Part shown: positions 59,174 through 64,000 of the stretch, piece by piece | Position numbering within the stretch: position 1 is the stretch's first letter | How the letters are laid out: each line of letters opens with the position of its first letter | Assembly: GCA_963704725.1 (NCBI GenBank) | Contig: OY969934.1 | Location: forward strand, 1,088,001 to 1,152,000 | Origin: an uncultured Actinomycetes bacterium | GTDB lineage: Bacteria > Actinomycetota > UBA4738 > HRBIN12 | Direction of reading: 5' to 3' | DNA: 64,000 nucleotides | Notes under the pieces: model-generated | Told to the model about the DNA's origin: nothing | The model's input: the letters and a program-made list of their open reading frames with translations, nothing else | Databases searched by the model: none | Position numbers and translations under genes: made by a program

Positions 59174-59192
59174 GTCTACTTGTTGGTAGACT
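59174..59192 (+). promoter_or_regulatory. Operator/-10 of the TA pair
   Basis: GTCTAC-N6-GTAGAC palindrome overlapping TAGACT, 6 nt before GTG 59199. Confidence 0.6.
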
Positions 59193-59198
59193 CCGAAC

Positions 59199-59438
59199 GT
59201 GAGCACGACGATCCGGGTCAGCGAGCACACCCGGGACCGCCTGGCCCGCTTGTCTCGGGCCACCGGGAAGCCCATGACCGAGCTCCTGGACGAAGCGGCC
59301 GACGCCCTCGAGCGGCAGCTCTTCTTCGACCAGCTCGAGGCGCGGTTCGCGGCGCTGCGCGAGGACCGGGACACGTGGGCCGAGATCGAGGCCGAGCGAG
59401 CGATCGAGGACCGATCCCTCGGCGACGCCTCTGCGTGA
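59199..59438 (+). CDS. RHH antitoxin
   Basis: STTIRVSEHTRDRLARLS...MTELLDEA; acidic tail; GTGA overlap with the toxin. Confidence 0.85.
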   Translation: MSTTIRVSEHTRDRLARLSRATGKPMTELLDEAADALERQLFFDQLEARFAALREDRDTWAEIEAERAIEDRSLGDASA

Positions 59439-59773
59439 GCCCACGTCGAGGCGAGATATGGCTCGTCGACTTCGGTGAGCCGGTCGGGAGCGAGCAAGCG
59501 GGGAGACGCCCGGCCGTGGTCGTCTCCGCCGACCGGCTGAACGAGAGCCGGGCGGGCGTGGTGATCGTGGTGCCGTGCACCACGACGTATCGAGGGCTCC
59601 CGTCGCACGTAGAGATCGACCTTTTGACATCCGGCCTGGACGAGGTGAGTTACGCGAAGTGCGAAGACGTCAAGTCGGTGTCCGATCGCTGGCTGGTTGC
59701 CCGGCTGGGTGCCGTGGACGATGAGGCGCTCTTCGGGATCGCGAGGGCCCTCCGCTTCCTGCTCGAAGCCTGA
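59435..59773 (+). CDS. MazF/PemK family endoribonuclease toxin
   Basis: PRRGEIWLVDF..VGSEQAGRRPAVVVS..N..VIVVPCTT. Confidence 0.93.
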   Translation: MSPRRGEIWLVDFGEPVGSEQAGRRPAVVVSADRLNESRAGVVIVVPCTTTYRGLPSHVEIDLLTSGLDEVSYAKCEDVKSVSDRWLVARLGAVDDEALFGIARALRFLLEA

Positions 59774-59891
59774 GGGCCTCGTGGGCCAGGCGCACCGAAT
59801 CCTACGCGGCGGGAACCGAACGGCCGCTCTGGCGACGGGACGCGCGTCGTCCGCCCGAACCCGAGCGGCCCGCCGTCCTCGCCGCAAACGA

Positions 59892-59919
59892 AGAGAGCCG
59901 GCCCGAGGGCCGGCTCTCT
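59892..59919. terminator. Hairpin terminator between convergent genes
   Basis: AGAGAGCCGGCC-CGAG-GGCCGGCTCTCT. Confidence 0.7.
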
Positions 59920-59940
59920 CGTTCGAACGAGTGGCGGGTG

Positions 59941-61045
59941 CTACTGAACGACCACCCGGTCCGAGCTCGAACCGCGGCACCGCCGGGTCCGCTCGAACTT
60001 GGCCTCGTACGCGGCCGTCCCGGAGCCCGGGAGCGACGTGTGGAAGCTGAACGTCGCCGTTGCGGTTGGTCGTGGCCGTTCCGATCTCCTGGTGCCCGCG
60101 CAGGATGTGGATCAGCGCGTGGCGCTTGCAGTCGTTGCGCCGGCAGCGGAGCTTGCCGTGCAGCGTGATGGCCTGGCTGGGACCTCCGGAGTCCGGAGCC
60201 CGAAGCGACAGCGACGTGTGCACCCGGTGGTGACCGCCACCGCCACCTCCACCACCGCCGCCCCCACCGCCACCGGGGCTGAACGGGGCCTGGATGATGA
60301 TGGACTCGCCGTCCGTGATGTTCGCGGTGTCGAACGAGACCTGCAGCAGCCGGCCGGTGCCCGGCGCGCCCGCGGAGGCTCCCTCGGTGATCCCCACCGT
60401 GGCCGAGGCGCCGAAGTCGTTCCCGGGGTTGACGGACTGGACGTCGAGGTAGCGGAACTCGATCTGCCCGGTCTCGAACAGCGCCACCTGGAACGTGTAG
60501 GGGTCGGCCGCGTCGCACACGGCGAAGGGGCTGACCTCGTTCCACTGGACGATGAACTGCGACCCGCCGACCGAGGGGACGACCTGCGTGTACACGGCGT
60601 CGTCCGTGCTGCAGCTCGTGACCCAGTCGTCCCACATGGGTGCGATCGTCGGCTCGGCCGGCGGCGACGTCGTGAGGTCGTCGTTGGTGAAGTCGGCGTT
60701 CCCGGCCCCGAACGTGAGTCCGCCGTTGCTGTTCACGAACACGTCCGTATAGACGGTGGGCGCGAGGGCGTTCACCCCGTAGAACGGGAAGCCACCGAAC
60801 AGGACCCCGAACTCCGGAGGGAACACGACGTCGACGGCGACGTCGTCGACGTTGTCCAGCCCCGGGACCAGGGTGCCGGTGCCGCTGATGTCCTGGAACC
60901 CCGACCCGCCGAGCGTGTTGGCGGTGTAGCCGAACGTGTCCGGTCCGAACACGTCGGCCGACGCCGGTCCGGCGAACGGTACGAGCAGGGCGAGCGCGGC
61001 GAGGGCCACCAGACCCACTTTCGCGCTCCGGGCCAATCGTCTCAT
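59941..61045 (-). CDS. Secreted nidogen(NIDO)-like protein + poly-Gly linker + basic beta domain; frameshift near 60055
   Basis: Signal peptide; FPFYG..VFVNSNGGLTFG, IAPMWDD, FIVQW, TFQVALF..G.IEFRY; G-run; second frame ends 'SDRVVVQ*' at 59941. Confidence 0.75.
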
Positions 61046-61293
61046 CTCGTTCTCCCTCCGATTCTGTGCGCGTTCCTCGCGCCGACCCGCAGCGAACTCC
61101 CGGAGGACGCCGCGGCGGCGCGACTGCCCGGCGTGACTCTAGGTGCCAGGTGGTTGCGGGTCAACGCCATGCGATCCGGATCGCTCGCGACCCGGAGCTT
61201 CCCTACGTCAGCCTCCCGACCCGGGGCGTGGACACACCCCACATGCGTCCCCTACCCCCTTAGCAACGTCGGGGCGCGGCCGAGGTTGCCCCC

Positions 61294-61830
61294 TCAGCGG
61301 AACGGGGGCGCCTGCTCCAGGGCCTCGGCGAGCGAGGGGTTCGAGCGGTCCCGCTCGGACAGGATCGGGGTGGGGGAGGGCCAGGTGAGGCCGAGGGCGG
61401 GGTCGTCCCAGGCCACGCCGTGCTCGTCGTCCCCCGTGAAGTAGACGTCGACCATGTACAGGAGCAGGACCTCGGTCTCGGCGAAGAAGCCGTGGGCCAC
61501 GCCGGGCGGGATCGACAGCCCGTAGCGCCGCGCGCCGGCGTCGATCCGACGCTGGAACGTGCCCGAACGGCTCGGCGAGCCCGGGCGCAGGTCCACGAGG
61601 GCGACGTGGGCCACCCCGGACAGCACGCACCAGTAGTCGGCCTGGCGAGCGTGCCAGTGCAGGCCCCGGAGCACGCCGGGGTGGGACCAGGAGAGGTTGG
61701 CCTGGAGGACCTCCCGGCCGGCGGGGAGCCAGGACCGGCGGTAGGCCTCGCTCAGCGAGCCCCGCTCGTCCGCGTGCGGCTCGAGGGGCAACAGGTGCGC
61801 TCCGGCGATGTCGAGGTCGTCCGCGGCCAT
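61294..61830 (-). CDS. RmlC-like epimerase, copy 2
   Basis: Same motifs as copy 1 (DERGSL, GVLRGLHWH..QADYW, IPPGVAHGFFAETE, WDDPAL). Confidence 0.9.
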   Translation of the reverse strand: MAADDLDIAGAHLLPLEPHADERGSLSEAYRRSWLPAGREVLQANLSWSHPGVLRGLHWHARQADYWCVLSGVAHVALVDLRPGSPSRSGTFQRRIDAGARRYGLSIPPGVAHGFFAETEVLLLYMVDVYFTGDDEHGVAWDDPALGLTWPSPTPILSERDRSNPSLAEALEQAPPFR

Positions 61831-61938
61831 CGGCGGGCCATCCTACGTGGGGGAGGGCCGTTCGAGCCTGGGTCGGCCTCCGGGCCCATGCTAGAGTCGA
61901 GTGCCGCGTCGCGCCGGCGGGCCGTTCCGGCCGGGCAC

Positions 61939-61964
61939 GCAACCCCCGCTCGGCTTCCGGCGTT
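61939..61964 (+). promoter_or_regulatory. ECF-type promoter upstream of the sigma gene
   Basis: GCAACC-N16-CGTT. Confidence 0.55.
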
Positions 61965-61981
61965 TCGTTAGAGGGACAACT

Positions 61982-63587
61982 ATGGTCACCAGGATCACGG
62001 ACCTTCGGACGGAAGGGGACTACCGGTCCCTGGACGACCGCATGCTCGTGCTGGACTTCCAGGCCGGGCAGCCCGAGGCGTTCGTCGAGATCCACCGCCG
62101 GTACGCGCAGCTCGCCAAGCACGTCTGCCTGCGGTTCCTGCCCAACCGGGCCGATGCCGACGAGGCCTTCCAGGAGACGATGATCCGCGTCTACCAGGGC
62201 CTGCACCGCTTCAACGGGCAGTACGCCCTCCAGCCGTGGATCGCCCGGATCGCCACCAACGTGTCGCTCGACCAGATCCGGACCCGGGCCCGCCGGCCCC
62301 AGCTGGACGACGGGATGCTCGAGGACCACGAGCACCAGGATCCCTCCGACGGCCCGGACGAGGTCATCGAGCGCCTCATCCAGCGGGACCTCGTGCTCTC
62401 GGTGCTCTCGGGCCTGCCGTCCTCGCACCGGACCGCGCTCGTGCTCCGCGAGCTCGAGGGGCGCTCCCACAAGGAGATCGCGGTCGCCCTCGACATCACG
62501 CCGGCGCAGGCCAAGGCCCTGATCCACCGGGCCAAGATGAGCTTCCGCCGGAGCTGGCTGATCGCCGTGACGGAGAAGGGCGGACTGGGCGCGATCGCCG
62601 CGTTCCCGCTGGTCTGGATGCTGCGGGCCCTCGACGGGACCCGGAAGGTGGTCGAGAAGGTCGGGGGGCACGCCACGCAGGTGGTCCAGGTGGCCACGCC
62701 GGAGATCGTGACCTCGACCGCGAGCTCGCCGGCCACGGTGAGCGCGGCGACGAACATCACCGAGAAGGTCGTGGCGGCGGGCATGACCCTGCTCGTGGCC
62801 GGCGGGGTCACCGTGGGCGCGGCCACGATCGTCAAGCACCGGGCCGACCGGGACTCGGGCGACCGGGCCGTGCCGGCCGTGGTGGCGGCGCCCTCGGCCT
62901 CGCCCGCCGCGCCCTCGGCCTCGCCCTCCCCGCCGGGGATCCGCGAGCCCAACTCCCAGGAGGTTCAGCACCCGAGACGCCACCCGACGGGCGAGCACGA
63001 GCCCGTGGCCGTGCCCCCGGTGGAGACCTCGCCCACCCCGGACCCCTCGCCGAGCGGCTCGCCCTCGACGGACCCGAGCGAGAGCCCCTCGCCCGACCCG
63101 AGCCCCGTGCCGCCCGCGCGCGCCGGCCTGGAGCTACGCCTTCACGGCCTCCACGGAGTCCGTGGAGACGTGCGCGTGCGACGCCACCACCCGGTCGACG
63201 GGCCTGTTCGTGGACCGCCTGCCCGACGGGATCACGTTCTCCCAGCAGGTCAGCGGGGCCGCCCTGGACTCCGCCGGGGACCCCACCTGGCCCTTCTACC
63301 TGGTCCAGCAGGGCACGCTGGCGCCCGGAGGGTCCCTGTCGTACCACTTCGGGCTCGACTCGGGGGCCGGGCACTTCCTGTACCAGGGGGTCGCCGCCCT
63401 CGGCGAGACCGTGGCCAACGAGGACGGCTCGACCACGTACCACTTCGAGGGGACCTTCGACCTGCTCAGCCCCAGCGCGCCCGCGGCCGGCCTCCCCTAC
63501 CGGGGGTACGTCAGCGCCACGGTCGGCGTCTGGTCGGACGGGACGATCTACACCGGGTCGTTCTCGCTGACCGAGGCCGCGAGCTGA
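61982..63587 (+). CDS. ECF sigma factor with C-terminal TM, Pro/Ser linker and extracytoplasmic domain; frameshift near 63120
   Basis: sigma2 'DADEAFQET..WIARIATN', sigma4 'LPSSHRTALVLRELEGRSHKEIA'; TM 'VVAAGMTLLVAGGVTVGA'; SPSP repeats; second frame continues to 63587. Confidence 0.8.
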
Positions 63588-63596
63588 CATCCCCGA

Positions 63597-63621
63597 GCAA
63601 CCTTCCCCCCTCCGGATCGTT
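63597..63621 (+). promoter_or_regulatory. Second ECF-type promoter, upstream of the next gene
   Basis: GCAACC-N15-CGTT. Confidence 0.4.
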
Positions 63622-63834
63622 CTCTGAGTGGGGACCGGCGTGGTCCGGTCTGTTGCGTGAGCACGAAAGGGGGGGACGGATGGCCCCGGCGGCGGACGGG
63701 CCGGGGCCCGGGGAGCGGGCGGAGTGGTTGACCGGCAGCGAACGGCCATCTAGCATCCGACCGACCTCCCGCAGGGGCGTGACCCCCTGCGCAGCAACGC
63801 TTTGTTGGAGCGGAGGAGAGAAAGGAGTCTGTGT

Positions 63835-64000
63835 ATGAGCTTTCTCCGTAGAGGAGAAACTCGGCCAGGACTGGCCAGGACGGCAGCGGTAACGGTCTAT
63901 CTCGCTGGCGTCGTTCCAGGCCCTGGCGATCGTCGGAGCCCAGGTGGCTCAGGCCGTGGGGACGTGCACCTACAACCCCGCGACCCAGGCGATCAACATC
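63835..64000 (+). CDS. Start of a secreted protein (runs off window; apparent frameshift near 63900)
   Basis: SD AAGGAG; MSFLRRG..AAVTV then, in another frame, 'LASFQALAIVGAQVAQA-VGTCTYNPATQ'. Confidence 0.55.
   Translation, partial: MSFLRRGETRPGLARTAAVTVYLAGVVPGPGDRRSPGGSGRGDVHLQPRDPGDQH

Noticed and set aside
60232-60275. Poly-Gly tract as a phase-variable repeat
   Set aside because: Mixed GGT/GGC/GGA/GGG codons indicate a selected protein linker, not a slipping microsatellite

Overview
High-GC actinobacterial-type chromosomal window. The left half is mostly conserved core order (metG-tatD-RpfB-like-rsmA-ispE-tRNA-Gln-glmU-prs-rplY-pth-mfd-PPIase-mazG-eno-FtsB-like-S1-DUF501/Ppx-tRNA-Leu(UAA)). 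It is followed by a LacI-controlled L-arabinose/D-galactose cluster, a flagellar relic (flgN-like gene, FlgL C-terminal mini-ORF, FliA/WhiG sigma), a DNA ligase, a cyclase-STAND protein, an 11-mer-repeat helical protein, and an accessory block (ATPase-nuclease, HEPN/MNT and MazEF TA pairs, duplicated rmlC-like genes, secreted proteins, a sigma factor with a membrane-anchored extension). The best candidate for an undescribed system lies between pth and mfd. Two tandem small ORFs missing from the ORF track (29 and 27 aa, each behind AGGAGGT, signal-peptide-like, ending AG(AK)WKA[N/W]) precede a DUF5317-like membrane protein and an overlapping multi-TM GGDEF-EAL protein. I infer a peptide-signal to c-di-GMP circuit. 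Family calls come from motif recognition by eye, not database searches. Several genes carry frameshifts that may be read errors.
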